NCBI GenBank assembly: GCA_037379345.1
Contig: CM074520.1
Span: 9,238,001 to 9,302,000 of the forward strand
Direction: 5' to 3'
DNA from: Perna viridis
Taxonomy: Eukaryota
Length of the DNA: 64,000 bases
Shown here: one piece after another, positions 13,501 through 26,770 of the stretch
Layout: each line of letters opens with the position of its first letter
How positions within the stretch are numbered: the first letter of the stretch is position 1
Program-made: the position numbers and the translations under genes
The notes under the pieces: generated by a model
What the model was told of the DNA's origin: nothing
What the model saw: the letters and a program-made list of their open reading frames with translations, nothing else
Database searches by the model: none

Positions 13501-16346
13501 TTGTTCATAATTCTTGGTGCAAACATCTAAAAACAAAACGTCTAGAATTGTAATATATTTACATATTTATTCAAACAATATATTAAGTATGGTTCTTCAT
13601 GGAGGGGTGAATCATCATATCATATCATTATCATAAGATAATCAGATAATCAATGAAACTGCTCAAATACTTTTGTTAGATCCTAAGAACAACATTGCCG
13701 ATGTTCATTTACTTCGATCTGCTATATATTATATCATTAGTTTTATGCTGAAGAAGGATATCAGTTATCCAAAATATTCAATGTAAATTTTTACCATCTT
13801 TTGATGATGTTAAACATATTTAAACGTTTATTTAACTTATTGTTATCTTTCGCATCGTTTTCAACGATCCATCACCCCGTAAGAGTGATTGTTGACTTTT
13901 ATTTAGACGATCATATATATATGTAACAAACTTTTAAGTGTTATATTACCAGAGGGCAACTTTTATTTTCATTTTTTGTTAAGTACAGTTTCTATAAGGT
14001 CTGTTGAAGGATTTGTTTTTAAAAATGTACAAATTACTAATCAGAAGATTCTGCCTGGTTTTAAGGCAGAGTTACACTTAGGATCTTAATCATAATAACA
14101 ATACTAACACATTTGGACCATTACAATCAGCACATTCTAGTACAGTTTTCAATGCTAGAGTGATTTAAAAACTGTCGATAGATATTTTATGACATTTGTG
14201 CCAAGTACGACAGAACCAAATCATACTCATATAGTACAGTGGCGGAATTTAGGAATCTAGGGGCGTTGTTGAAATCCCCGCTCTTGTTGGAAAATTTTGT
14301 TAATTCAGAATAGCCCAGGAATCTCCTAGTTCTTAAACCTGTCTGTACCCTTTTTCACAATTTCTGGATCCGCCTACACTATTCTATTTTTACATTGTTT
14401 TGTCTTATATAGCACTAGTATTATTTCTACGTTAATGTAATATTTTAGAATATTGTAAAAATGCATCGGTTGTTTACAGTTTTGGCCAGCAAACTGGTAC
14501 ATCTATTACTTTTCTTTTGCTTATCATACAAGTAATTTTCATAAGCAGACAGAATTCGACCATTACCCTCAGTGTATGCTGGTACACGAATGTAAGACTT
14601 AAGGTGGATCATAACTTATAGTTTTAGAAGACAGATTTTCTTCTTTTTTTTATAATATACTATAAAATTATAAGATAAAAAAACACCGAAAAGTCACCGA
14701 ACTTTATTTCGAGAAAATTAAGCCTATATTTAGAATTTTTTATATTTCATATATATTGTGTAGGGATTTTTGGCTTACTATTAAAAACCTGCTTAATCTG
14801 GAAAATCCCGGTTCACCGAATTTTTTTTCTAGTAATAGTAAAGAAAACACTCAAATTCCCATTGCTTTTCCCGGCAATTACCTCTCACTTGAAAGAGGGT
14901 TTATAAAATTAATATTTGTAATTCTACCATATGTAGGTTTACGGTAACACAATCGTTTGGCATCGTTGAAACAATATTTTCTTATTCAAGAGTAATCAAG
15001 GGAACCAAGGTTATAGCGGTAATCAAAAGAATGTAATCCAGGGACAAAGACCAGACTTGGAAAACAGACATACACAACAAAGAACATAAAGTAACTAAAA
15101 TCATACATACAAAGTGACAAAAGTAAATGAGCAACTCGAACTCCACTAAAAACTGGGAGCATGGACCAGGTGCACCGGTAGGATAAGCGTCCTCTGCTTT
15201 TCTAGAAACACCCGCGGAGTTGCTCATAAAAAGTCAAGTCCGGGGTAGACAAACGAGGGAAGGAAAACTATGACCCGTTGAATAAATCAGTTCTCATGGT
15301 GCTGATGGATACACCATAACGATCAAAACACATACGTATGAGTAATTCTGTAAGATGACAGAAAAGAATGCTACTAATGAAAGGTTTGATCTACCTTAAT
15401 GATACATGCTTATAGAAAAACATAGTTCTTGCAAAAGTTATGAATTTGCAAATGAGAAGTTAGTTGATAAAATAGATTTATCACAAACAGCCATGTTATA
15501 TATTGCAAGATCAAGTAGAAAACATTATATTTCAGAACACGGCACCCCAACGACAATTCCTAAGTGCTGTAAATGTTACTATTTAAAATTATTTTGACCG
15601 GTCACATAGAGCTATTTAGCTCTTTATAACAAAGCTAATGAATCTTTTGATATAATGTTGAACAGTAAAATTTATAAATCAGCAAAATACCGAAACGTCA
15701 ACACAGAGGGACAAGTCGTAAAAATCGAAATACAAAGACATGACCAAAACATGAAAACAGGAAGCAGAGACGATCAACAATTAGAAAATTGTAGAAAGAA
15801 GAACAAAATATAATTATAGATTAAAACCAAAGATAAGAAAAAAAGACAGCACGCAAAAATCTATAGCATTCCCTTAAAAAAAGGGTATGGCTTCTGGTGT
15901 CCGAATTTGATTTCTGGCGAAGACTGATTATTGCGAATTAAAGACAATTAACTATAATCTGATAAAAAAAAATAATTTAGCTAAGTTTAAATCATTTACA
16001 CTGTAGTAAGCATATTATCAAATCATCTGAATTCAAACTTTCTTTTATAACTTGATACAAATAATTTCGTTTTTTTTATTTACATTGAAAGTTTGTTTCA
16101 CTACTTTCATGCCGTTTCTTATATGTGTATTTAAAACTATTTTTTAATCATGGGTGAACCGACATACTGTCAATACTGTCTCTAGAAGGCGCAATCCTTT
16201 TTTCCAAAACTACGTATTGTATTGCAGTTTTGCATCAAACAATTTCCGATATCTTATTAAGTATTTTTTTTTTGCATAAAGACATTGTACTCACTTTGGT
16301 TAATATAAAATATCAAAGTTTGTAAAATCCCAATCTGAAATTTCAT
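8217..16346 (-). CDS. Type I membrane protein: signal peptide, single CUB domain, TM helix, ~740-aa low-complexity cytoplasmic tail (5 exons, 935 aa)
   Basis: Exons 16346-16295, 13133-13037, 11604-11477, 11021-10824 and 10549-8217 all have GT/AG ends and compatible phases (1,2,1,1). They sum to 2808 nt = 935 aa + stop. Spliced protein: MKFQIGILQTLIFYINQNIILCDSINLTATAYSQTFSSHDGYNGTTPYPRNYSRTWLIVGESSNYSIALEFLSCVIENSKQVCLHDLVQIYDGPDAYATKLL...CCSTQIG...NEVFVTFTTDESDELPGFQISY (CUB motifs WxI, D-x-V-x-IYDG, F-x-TD, GF-x-x-x-Y), then TM IYIIIACSVVGFLLLVIVILLCCICC and polybasic KKSKKKKK. Confidence 0.85.
10824..11021 (-). CDS. CUB receptor exon 4 (CUB C-terminal half plus stalk)
   Basis: tttatcttag acceptor, gtaggt donor; GPDAY...CC...FVTFTTDESDELPGFQISY. 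Confidence 0.85.
11067..11278. mobile_element. MITE with ~50-bp imperfect TIRs, TTAA-like flanks (Kolobok-like)
   Basis: ggaggtagatctagggtaagggacataattc... versus ...gagttgtgtaccttaccctaggtctaaatcc; flanks ttaa / gtaa. Confidence 0.65.
11477..11604 (-). CDS. CUB receptor exon 3 (CUB middle)
   Basis: tttttctag acceptor, gtaaaa donor; NYSRTWLI...CLHDLVQIYDG. Confidence 0.85.
13037..13133 (-). CDS. CUB receptor exon 2 (CUB N-terminus)
   Basis: ttttcag acceptor, CCAG|gtacac donor; IILCDSINLTATAYSQTFSSHDGYNGTTPYP, closely similar to the paralog exon at 35985-36078. Confidence 0.8.
14603..15395. mobile_element. MITE with TTAA target-site duplication (Kolobok-like), carrying a nested PLE fragment
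   Basis: ttaa-ggtggatca (14599-14611) and tgatctacc-ttaa (15387-15399) are inverted repeats with 1 mismatch. Confidence 0.6.
14989..15325 (-). mobile_element. Naiad-type PLE 3' fragment nested in a MITE
   Basis: Reverse complement of ~28005-28332. Confidence 0.8.
16295..16346 (-). CDS. CUB receptor exon 1 (signal peptide)
   Basis: ATG plus 16 further mostly hydrophobic codons (MKFQIGILQTLIFYINQ), ending at a consensus GTGAGT donor in the required phase 1. Confidence 0.6.
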
Positions 16347-19300
16347 CGTTGTTGGACTTGCATCATTTTCTGTACCATTCGATTGAAAAGCTAATCATTC
16401 CTAAACCAACCTCCATAAAATCGATAAAATCATTTATATGTAAATCCAAAAGAGAATTGCGAACATCATAATTTAATAATATTCGGCAGTAAAACCATCA
16501 CAAATTTTAGTCGTGTTTCTATTATTAATGAATTCTAGATAAAGTTTAAAAACTACAACCAAAATTTCAGTGTTGCATTAATGTTTGATTTAAAGTTCCA
16601 TTGATTGAACCTGCTCATAATAAACCCGATCCATTTAAGAAGTCCAATACCTATATCGGTACACTTTTTATCGCAGCACGGTTAATAACATTCAACTATT
16701 AAACAATACATAAATGAATGTTAATTAGGCATAAAATACCATGGATACATTGTAATGGTTTGATTAAACCTGCTGCAGATCCCTGACATGAAGTATAATC
16801 AATAGAAATAAGAATGAAATCATTGAATACTTTTGAATAAAGTTACTGTTGAAATCATTGTTAGTATTTTTTCTATAACAATTCACATTTCCAATACTAG
16901 AAAAGGTTAAATACAAGAATTACACAACCAATAATATGCAACAGATAATGCTCTAAAATCCATATAACATATATATTTAGTATATAAAGAGTTAAACATT
17001 TGTCGCGTAATTGTAAGGAGATATATAGAACGTTACCCAGAGATCATAGTGTCATGTATCTACAGTCAAAGTAATTAAACATTCGAGTAGGTAAACTACA
17101 GGATTCAGTCCAGATGCTGGTTTTTATTATACTCATTCGAAGATAAGCTATTCTGAACAAAATATATTGGTGGACTTGTACCTATAATTGCCAATTGAAA
17201 GTATTGCTGTCTGCACCTTTCTACTCCCATTTTACCATCCATTCGTAGAAGACACATCGGGTATGTTGATATTCGTATGAATGTTACAATAGAGTGTTCC
17301 TATCTTAAATATATTCCTACAACACCGTCCACACTTTAGTTATTAGTTATATGTTATAAAACTACAATATAGTAGAATTTGACAATTATAATTGTGTGGT
17401 ACTGGTTTGTTTTTCTATTAGTTTTTATAGTTAATCAATTAAAAGAAAATCAAAACAATTTTAAAAAAAGATGAATGTTATAACTAACCTCGAGTAGAAC
17501 AATGAATGTAAAAAAATCAATATATTTTATGTAGACAATGATTTGGTATTCCTTAGAATTTGTTCAATGTATAATTAATCAAACAAAATTAATGCATGTT
17601 AAATACAAGGGTACAGACAGAAATCAGCATGACATAATATTACCCTACAATGAATATTAATACAAATAACGTCTGTGTAATTTGCAAGTTTGTTGCATAA
17701 AAGAAATCTTTGATCCTGTCTTTGATTTTTTTCTTTTGGTAATTTTGATTTACACATTATAAGTTTATTGATTTGTAAATGTTTATGGTCCAGTAAGAAG
17801 GTTGCAATAAACTTTCAATTTCCACATCAAAGCGGAGAAAGACATGTATGACGTATTGACTATCGCCTTGATAGCTGTTGTACAAACTGTTGCATTTGCC
17901 CTTCTTTGTTATGTAAGTGGGTCACGATTCTTAGTCAAAGATTTATGACTGATATAACATGATCCAGGAGCACAGATAGTTTATATTCATTCTTAAAGCT
18001 CGTAAAGAAGTCCGATTTAGGGAAAGAGTCAATCATGAATTTAAACTTCTTTTCCCGATCATGACATGTTCATTTTGAAATAGCCATCACATCCTGATAT
18101 CCACCTTAGGTAAATACTCTCGAAATTCCGAAGTGCAATATGTTAAATCTGCACAGTTTCCTGTTACAACTTTTATCTTTCACTTCATAAAATTAACCTT
18201 TGCAAATTTATTTCTTGTTTAGCACATTATATATATATATATATTTGACATTCTCCTTGACGAAGTTAATTATATTTAACATTTAATTCCATTTCAGTAT
18301 TCAGGTGAAATGGTCTCACGTACCTACACATCATTATCGTATTAATTATAAACAGTTTCCGTTTAAAGAAAGTATTATCTAAAATATATTTCGGTCTTTT
18401 TACTTTCAGTACTAATTATGCTTGCCTTCAGATAATTCCATTTTTGTCACAAAACAAATGTTAAAAATTCCTAGTTATTAGATATATTCGGAAGCCTTGT
18501 TTCAGTGAACATTGAAATACTTTACGGTTTAGTCACGTTTCTATGTTATATATTTGGTGAAAAAAATCAAGCAAGAGACCCACCCTCAGGAGTCCTAAGT
18601 GCTAAGTTCTGAATCGTTCATCTTGTTCAATATTTGCTTTTCAAGGGCAGTAACTCTATCGGTACTCTGTCCGAAAATGTTGACTCAAACAAAGGACGTG
18701 GGAAGGACATATCAAAAGGATAATTTCATCAACTGAAACTTTCTTTTTATATACCATATTGTTCAAGATATTGACTGAAAACTGCTGAAAAAAAATAATA
18801 TTGCTTCACTTTACAATAGCAATAACTCTAACAAGGAGTCGCATGGCATCTGAGGCCCTGTGCAGACCTTTGTAGGCCTTATCATAAAGATCATTTCAGT
18901 AATTGATAATTTATTTCTTTCTATCTATTATAGTGTTAAATATCTTGGCTAAAAAACGGTTAATTTCGGAAATTAACGAACATGGCTTAACCTGACTGTT
19001 TTGGAGATATCTGAAAAAAAAACTTCTGTCTTACCCCTATGTTATCTTCATCGTTAATAACGGCGGCCATGTTTTTCGACGGATCAAAATTCTCCCTATT
19101 AATTCAACGCTAAATACCCAAGGATGGTTTACACTTAGTTTGCTTCTTATTGGTCCAGTCTCCAGAGGAGAAGAGTTTAGAAAAATTGTTAACTACGACG
19201 GCGGACGTAAATCTATTCTTTCTTTAACAGAAGGATAAATCATGAGAAAAATTAGCTAGACGACAAAAACAATTAAAATCAGTATGTAACAACTGGAACG

Positions 19301-19442
19301 GAATAAACAAAACATTACCTTGGTATATTTAGATGACCTTTTATCTAACCTGCTGTTTATAAGGGAAAGACGTTACGTACAATATTCGTATATAAAAGCG
19401 TAAAAACAACACACAGTATTGGGAAAATACGACGTCGTTTTA

Positions 19443-19975
19443 GGGAGTAATCATAGTAACCAAGGTTATAGCGGTAATCAAAAGAATGCAATGCAGGGAC
19501 AAAGACCAGACATAGAAAACAGACATACACAACAAAGAACATGAATAACTAAATCATACATACAAAGTAACAAAAGCAAATGAGCAACTCGGACTCCACT
19601 AAAAACTGTGAGCATGAACCAGGTGCACCGGTAGGATAAGCGTCCTCTGCTTTTCTAGTGACACACGCCGAGTTGCTCATAAAAAGTCAAGTCAGGGGTA
19701 GACAAACAAGGAAAGGAAAACTATGACCCGTTGAATAAATCAGTTTTCATGGTGCAGATGGATACACCATAACGAGTTCATGATGACGACCATAAAACCT
19801 CTGTAGTGATTTCAAATGTGTAGCAACATAACCCTGTTCCAGAAGCCTATTTGTTAGAGTTCTAGGGCGATACAAAAAGTCTGCGTAGTTTCGGCAAGCT
19901 CTGGCATAACGTATGAGTTGTGATATGAACACTCCATACGCAGGTGCTGAAGGGATGTTGCCACAAATGAAAGCT
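19443..19975 (-). mobile_element. Naiad-type PLE 3' fragment including RT C-terminus
   Basis: FICGNIPSAPAYGVFISQLIRYARAC...; full 3' UTR. Confidence 0.85.
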
Positions 19976-21406
19976 AATGGGATATTCTTATAAGAACAAA
20001 TGCCGATGTTTAAATGTTTAAAAAAAAAGAATTTTATTAAAATTGAGACAATAACATTCTGAAAACTAATTAACTTTTTTCCATAAAAGAGTATTATTAA
20101 ACAAACCACAGCTGCTATTTTCAGTCGATCTTGTATTCCAGACAAACAAAATCGAAGTGTTACAATCTTCTAAAGCCACAGTCAAATAGATCATACATTT
20201 TACGTATTGAAGTTAAATTTGATGAACAATTATAAATTTTAGAAAAAAAGAAAATTAATTGACTAATATTTGAATCAATGTATAAACCTCCCTTCAATTC
20301 AAACATTCATTCTTTGCCTCTAAAATCAGTTTACCGATTTCATTGTCAAAATTAGTAGTTTAGATATATGATGAATGAACAGTGGTACCTGTTACAAACT
20401 AGGAAATAAGAATTTTAAAGTTTTAATCATTTAAGGCATGATTGTTCAATTCTTTAGTCCAGTTATCTTTATCAATAAGGATTTGTTTTAAGTCCTTTTG
20501 TTCTTAAATTGATACAAAAGAACGGTTTTTTCTTTTGAAAATAATAATTATTGAACCTGATTCTAACCATATGCGCCAATGTTTCCATGGAGTACGAATA
20601 ACGTACGTGGCGGTAATGCGATTTTCGTAAACCCGTGAAGAAGAAACAAAAAATCTTTTCAAAAACTTTTCTTGGATTTGATGAGTTTCATAATCCCTAA
20701 TTATACACTGTTAGTTGTATTAGTTTCAGTAAAATAAATGTAATTAATACAGTGCAAAATATTTTGCATGTTTTGTTATGAAACAGAAAAAAAGTATGAT
20801 AATCCGTTGAATACATTCTTAACCTCAGTTGAACGCATTTTCGTTTTAAATTTTGTGGTTTGATCAGCCAACATAAGCCAACATTCCAAATTTCGTGAAA
20901 CGTGGAAAAGGTTTAATTAAATTTCATTTTATAAAACCTTCGCACAGTTGTTCATTTATTATAAAAGAAAGATAACTGCGGTTAAAAAAGACTTTTTAAA
21001 AAAGGGATTTAGAATACGTTTAAAACATTGTTGGAAAAAAGGAAAACACATGTACTATAGATAGCATTAATTTCGTGGGGAAAGGAATGGATATATGGAT
21101 ATTTTATTGTCATTTTGCGTAATCCTTTTATACTTACATATTTCCATACTCTTATATTAATCTCATATCTCGTTTTACCTATATCAAGGAAATTGCTTAA
21201 GTTTCTCATAATTGTGTACTAAAAGAGAATAACATTGTATGGAGCCAAATCTTGTTTTAAAATATCTTTTCATTAAGCCTTTTGTAATAGTTTTGGTTAG
21301 ACTTTTTGTTTTATTTTTTGGTATAAAATATTATATCGTCCTTCCCTGTGTATTACATATTCAATTACATGTTCAAAAAAATTGGAGGAGTAAAGTTTAT
21401 ATTTAG

Positions 21407-21532
21407 TCACTGGGTATGAGGAAAATAGTAAGTTTATTTTTCCCGAGGTACAACTATTGCCCGAGGCGTAGCCGAGTGCAGTAGTTGTAACCGAGAGGAA
21501 AACAGACTTACTATTCCCCGAATATACAGTCA
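21407..21532. repeat. Palindromic non-autonomous element core
   Basis: aatagtaagt...tacaactattgc-ccgag-gcgtagc-cgag-tgcagtagttgta...acttactatt imperfect hairpin. Confidence 0.65.
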
Positions 21533-23354
21533 GGAAATGTTTTAGAATACTGATAGAGACAAAACACACAAATTTTTACCAAAGACTAAAAAAAGACCAC
21601 ATACTATATCTCAGGATATTGGGAACTCTATACACATGTATCTATTCTAGTAATCACGCACAGAGTCATATTCTTTTTTAACCTTGAGGAGACAACGGTC
21701 ACGCAAAGATATCTGCTAACTTTGCACCGTCCATGATGATTCTGTCATATGACTGAAATTTGAAATCTCGTGATTCGACCTTGAATAACAATGAATACCG
21801 AGGATTAAATGGAGTGTTAAAGACCAAGCCAGTCCTGTAAAAGCAATGAAAATCTGCGAATATAATTACGCTTGTGGTCAAATACTTTTGGGGAGAGTAA
21901 ATAAAAAAAAATACTGACCAATCAATAGTCGTTTGGCGCGCAATTCATCAGAATTGTAAACCTTTTCACATAAAATTTGTAAAGATAAAGTTTACAGAGG
22001 TACGATGACTATATTGATTTAACATCTAAATCACCACCTTATATTTTCATGAGTGTGTAGATGAGATCTTAATACATATTTACATCTGGAACTTTTTTGT
22101 GTTATCTTCGTAATTAAACAACATGATCTGTTAATGTTTCCTTAATGTGACTTAAGTTCGATTCATATCTGTAAATTAAAAGAAGAGACTCGGCAACACG
22201 CTGTCGACTTCGATTAATATTAGTTTTATAATAAGTTGATACGTGGCTCAATGGTAAAGTTAATTGATTAATTTAAGGACGGTAGCTTGATACCAGTTAA
22301 CTAATCATAAAACTTTAGTTAAGTGAGGTCAGCATCTACAAAATATATCCACACAATTTAAAACAGAATAAGTACATTTTAATTGATCAGTTGTTCAATT
22401 ATAAAAAAAAAAACAGCGAATATAATAAAAGGTAATGCAGGAAACCATTTCAAAGAAACTTATCATTTATGTGTTCGTTTTGTTTTATAAACAACAGTAA
22501 TGTTTTTTTTATGCAAAATGTTCTATCAAATTAAATTCCTGCATGCGAATACTTTACCAATACTGTCGATGAATTTTTAAACAAATTCATTCTTTGTATA
22601 CATGCATGTGTAAATGTGATGTAGAAAGATTAAACCTTCATTTGTGCGAAATGGTTCCTTCAATAGTAAACAAAGCTTTATTTGTTTAAACGTTCAACTT
22701 GAATAAAATATTCACAGCCGGGCGTGCAACGGTAAGGCTAACAAATAATCTTTCAAACCTTGAAAGGGCACGTTCCTTTTTTAAGTCCTTCTGAGATTAC
22801 AAGTAGTCTAAGTGTTATCCTCCAACTATTTTGATTTCATTATGCAGTATAAATAAAACCTGCTTCTGTGACGTCAAGCAAAGAAAATAGTCATGGATAT
22901 ACGCATGTTGTTTTTTAGGATAAGAAAACTACAATGTTACGTAGTATACTAGAGAACTTTAAAAACATCTCGGCATCGTATCAATATTTGAATTAAAGTA
23001 TTACAAAAAGTAGCAAAAGTCCAGTTACAATTGTGGAACAGTCTTTGGACGTTCCTTTCACGCCTTACATACTCGTCCTATTAAGACATTTTGTCAACAT
23101 AGCCTGCATTACCCTCCTTAGTTTCGTATGCAGCTTTTTAAAGTCCTGTGCAACCGGCCATTTAGCCATGTTAACTAAAACTTTTGCTGATTGACAAGGT
23201 TATACTTTAGATTAAATCTAGTTTTGAAACCATGTACACAATGTGACTTTGGTACAAGACGATAATATATATGAACTTTGGATACATAAATATTGGATAT
23301 ACAAATCATAATGATACTTTTCTTTCTAGTTCAATGCCTTGCGCTATATATTGA

Positions 23355-23920
23355 GCAAGATGTTGTCAAAATATTTCAGCCGGAATATATTTGATCGACT
23401 ACATATTTATCGAGTGTGGTGGACGTAAATTATTTTCAACAGACTGTCGAACTCTTTTGTTCACTCCTATGAGATTGACTTAATAGCTGATCTGATCCAT
23501 GAAAAGGAACACCGTCTAGCCATATCCTTATATCGTTTTCAATATATAATTGACGTATTGTCTTTACATAATCCTAGTTTTTAAGGGATTAGATACAACG
23601 TATTTACCCCTTACCCTGAAAACTTTAGATAAAAGACCCTACAGACACTATGAAGTCAATCTCAAATCTAAATTGAATTCACTGAGTTCTATGGAAAGTG
23701 AAAACTCATGGCCAAACTACAACAAACGCGATGACTTCTCATTCCTTATTGTCAATTTTCCTTTCATCTGTGGCAACATTCCTTCAGCACCTGCGTGTGG
23801 AGTTTCATATCACAACTCTTACGTTATACCAGAGCTTGGCCTAACTACACATACTTTTTGTACTAGGCTACTTGTGCTCCTGGTCCATGCTCCCATTTCT
23901 GATGGAGTCCAGGTTTGTAA
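23355..23920 (+). mobile_element. Degenerate Naiad-type RT fragments
   Basis: YNKRDDFSFLIVNFPFICGNIPSAPACGV; pieces match 27370-27900. Confidence 0.7.
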
Positions 23921-26564
23921 ATTAATTTTGTTTCTTTATAACGAGAATAAGTATGATGTTTATTTCAAAGAGACGACAACCCTAATGGGATGAAAATGCC
24001 ATCCCGAAGCCACTCACTGGTCGTCAATGAACGAAGTACGTAGTACCTTTGTTATTACATGTTCTGTGTTGATGGTGTCTGTTTTCGTTCGCATTTCGCT
24101 TCCCTTGATTACTCATTGAATTGTAAAATTATAATCTTTGTATTTGCAAATATATATTTGGTAACTGTCGGAGTAATTTGGGTTGCTTATATGAGCATGT
24201 AAGATGTAAAACACTTATATTATATTAATATTGCTATTAAGTAGACAATATCTTAACTTTTAGTCGACCTCGTACAAAGTTAATATCTTTTAGTGTATTT
24301 GATGTTCCTTGTGGTTGCTGGGCATTGTTAAAATACTGATATATCATAGTTTTAAATCTTAACAAGAAAAAATTGGAGTAGGCGTTGAAACACATGTTGT
24401 ATATACTAGTGTTCTACAAATTAACTGGTCGTTATAGTAGAAATCTCTACTTTGCAAAGTCATAATTTGTAATATTTGAACGGCAAGTTGAGTATACATA
24501 TTATAATAATAGAAGAATTTCTTTTAAACACCTGCAATCCTTTACAGATACAAACATTTTAGTATGTACGTGCAATTTTGTCTTGCCTTTTAATGCACAA
24601 CAAAGTATTTTATGAACATGATGATTTTTATCTTGCATAAATGTTTATGGTTTATGAAAAAATTGCACTGTTTAGTTTATATATTTTTTTTTAAATTAAT
24701 CAAGCAATCATTTAATAATTTTAAATTGTTAAAAATAAAGTACTAATTTGCCAAATTGTATTGATTGATTCGGGGGTCAATATGGGTAATCTGATATATT
24801 ACAAAATAGTTTTATTACGACATAGCAATGGCATATATTTGACATCGGCATATTATATTTTCATCATTCTTTGCGGTAATAAGGATATAAATTTTGATTT
24901 TTGAATTACATTATCGGCATTTGTAAATTAGTAACACAGTAATAAATAAACAATATAAATAGTATAACAAAATAGATTGACGTTTCACTTTTAGTTTTTG
25001 ACAGGGAAGAGGTTGAAGACTTATCTTTTCATCTTATCCTTTTTCGTTTCGATATTATATTCGTTTAATAGACACTATTATCAAGATACTTTGCTTTTTA
25101 CATGTTTATACTAGGAACATTCACCTGCAAGGGAGACACAAGGATGATAACATTACACACACTTGATTTATTGAGAATATCGTTTCCCACCTACATTACA
25201 CATAATAACGACATTGTTCATTGCTATGAAAAATTTGTTTGAAATTGAAAAAGGAAATAAGCTTACCGCTTACGTACATATATTTTGTAGACGTGTTTAG
25301 TATAATCATATATTGTTAGAAAAAAGATAAAAAATAGTATTCACGATAAGGAATAATTACCAAAACCAATGCTATTAAGTACATGTAGCTGTCTACATGA
25401 CTGGTTGGTTGGTTTTTTTTTTCTGTTTTGTTTTGCGTTATCGCTTAATTTCCAGTTCTTAAAAGTGGGGAATGACATACCAAAGATATAATCAAAATTA
25501 AAATTGCTTTTTAATTGCGTATATGTTTTCTCAATGTCAAGTTTTCTTAAATAATTTTTTTTTTTTTGGATTTGTCCACTTTTACATATTCATCCTTGGG
25601 AAATTGTAAAACACACTTTTCTGACGTCATTTATCAACAAATGCGTGACAGAAACCTTAAAGAATATACACAGAAACAAGCAAATAATACATACAACCAA
25701 CCTGGGCTCCAACTTACACGTCGAGTATATGGTTTACGTTCCACGGCCAGCTGAAAGTCATATGTTCAACACCCACCGAGTTGCTCATATGTGTAATTTA
25801 AATTCGGGGTGGAACGAAAGAGGTAAACTACGACATGACATTGTGAAACAATCTATTTTTATGGTGGTAATGGCGATTGATAAATTCATGATGTGGACTG
25901 TAAAATATTTGAAGTGATACTTTTTGTCTAATTTGTAAATATATTCATTCTTTTATAATTAAATGCTTTTTTCAATTTTTTTGTTTTGAGTTAGTTAAGC
26001 GTTCTTCGCTTAATCCTCGAAATTGTTACGATATAAGACTTTATATTAAAAGCAGGCAGTAGTTGCGGCAATACTTACTGTTCCACCCGTGTGATGTGTT
26101 TTCTAACGAATTGTCGACGACAAACCGATGCTTATATTCCCACCACGGTAAAAGATGTTAAACGTCGAGGAATAATCAGATCAAAATTTAGTTAAAAGAA
26201 ATTTTATATCATATTCTTAACTCTTAATACGCTTTAAAATATGTTGTACCAAAATCACTTCATAATGATTTAGCATCTCAGTTTTGATTATATTTTTAAA
26301 CCATGTAGAAAATGACTGTGCCTCATGAGACATAAAATGTATGTAAGGACGGATCGTAGCTTAGAACCGGAATGAATGAGACCGATAATGATCTACATTA
26401 TTCCCATAGATCTGCTTAAGCAGTAAAAGTAAACCCAAAGTTAATCAAAGTAAGACATGAAATGAAGTTAAAAAAATCACATGAATATGAGCATGTTTTG
26501 AGTAGAACATTTATAATCGGAACAATAGAATATATTTAAAATGATTTTGTTTACGCATAAAAAG

Positions 26565-26742
26565 GTCCTGGCAACAATGCAACTGAAATCATGCGTACGT
26601 GCTGTTGAAATTTGGAATCAAAGACATTTCTGGGAGAGTTCACAAAACGAGATGTATTTGTTGTTTGTAACCAATGATAAAATCACTGGCACCAGATTTG
26701 AGATAGAATACAGGTCCTATGGCCGAACAACAACAAAAACCG
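26565..26742 (+). pseudogene. Decayed CUB exon (third paralog)
   Basis: GPGNNATEIMRTCC* (TGA at 26606-26608), then a +1 frameshift to SSQNEMYLLFVTNDKITGTRFEIEY; aligns with exon 36807-37007. Length of 178 nt breaks the frame. Confidence 0.7.
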
Positions 26743-26770
26743 GTGTGAATCTTTTCTTTATTCCTTTATA

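Noticed and set aside
14982-15227. Recurrent hydrophobic ORF MSNSAGVSRKAEDAYPTGAPG... (also 35683, 30335, 6195, 2590, 57378, 58750, 61806) as a small membrane-protein family
   Set aside because: All are the T-rich 3' UTR of the same PLE. The frame is broken in other copies (TAG at ~28192 and in the 30411 copy), and hydrophobicity follows from base composition.
19976-20145. MSGIQDRLKIAAVVCLIILFYG as the signal-peptide exon of the CUB receptor
   Set aside because: No ATG and no GT donor in phase; 16295-16346 fits much better.
26606-26608. In-frame TGA after CC as a possible selenocysteine codon
   Set aside because: Paralogs have Val/Ser rather than Cys at this position, the exon also has a frameshift, and no SECIS was identified.
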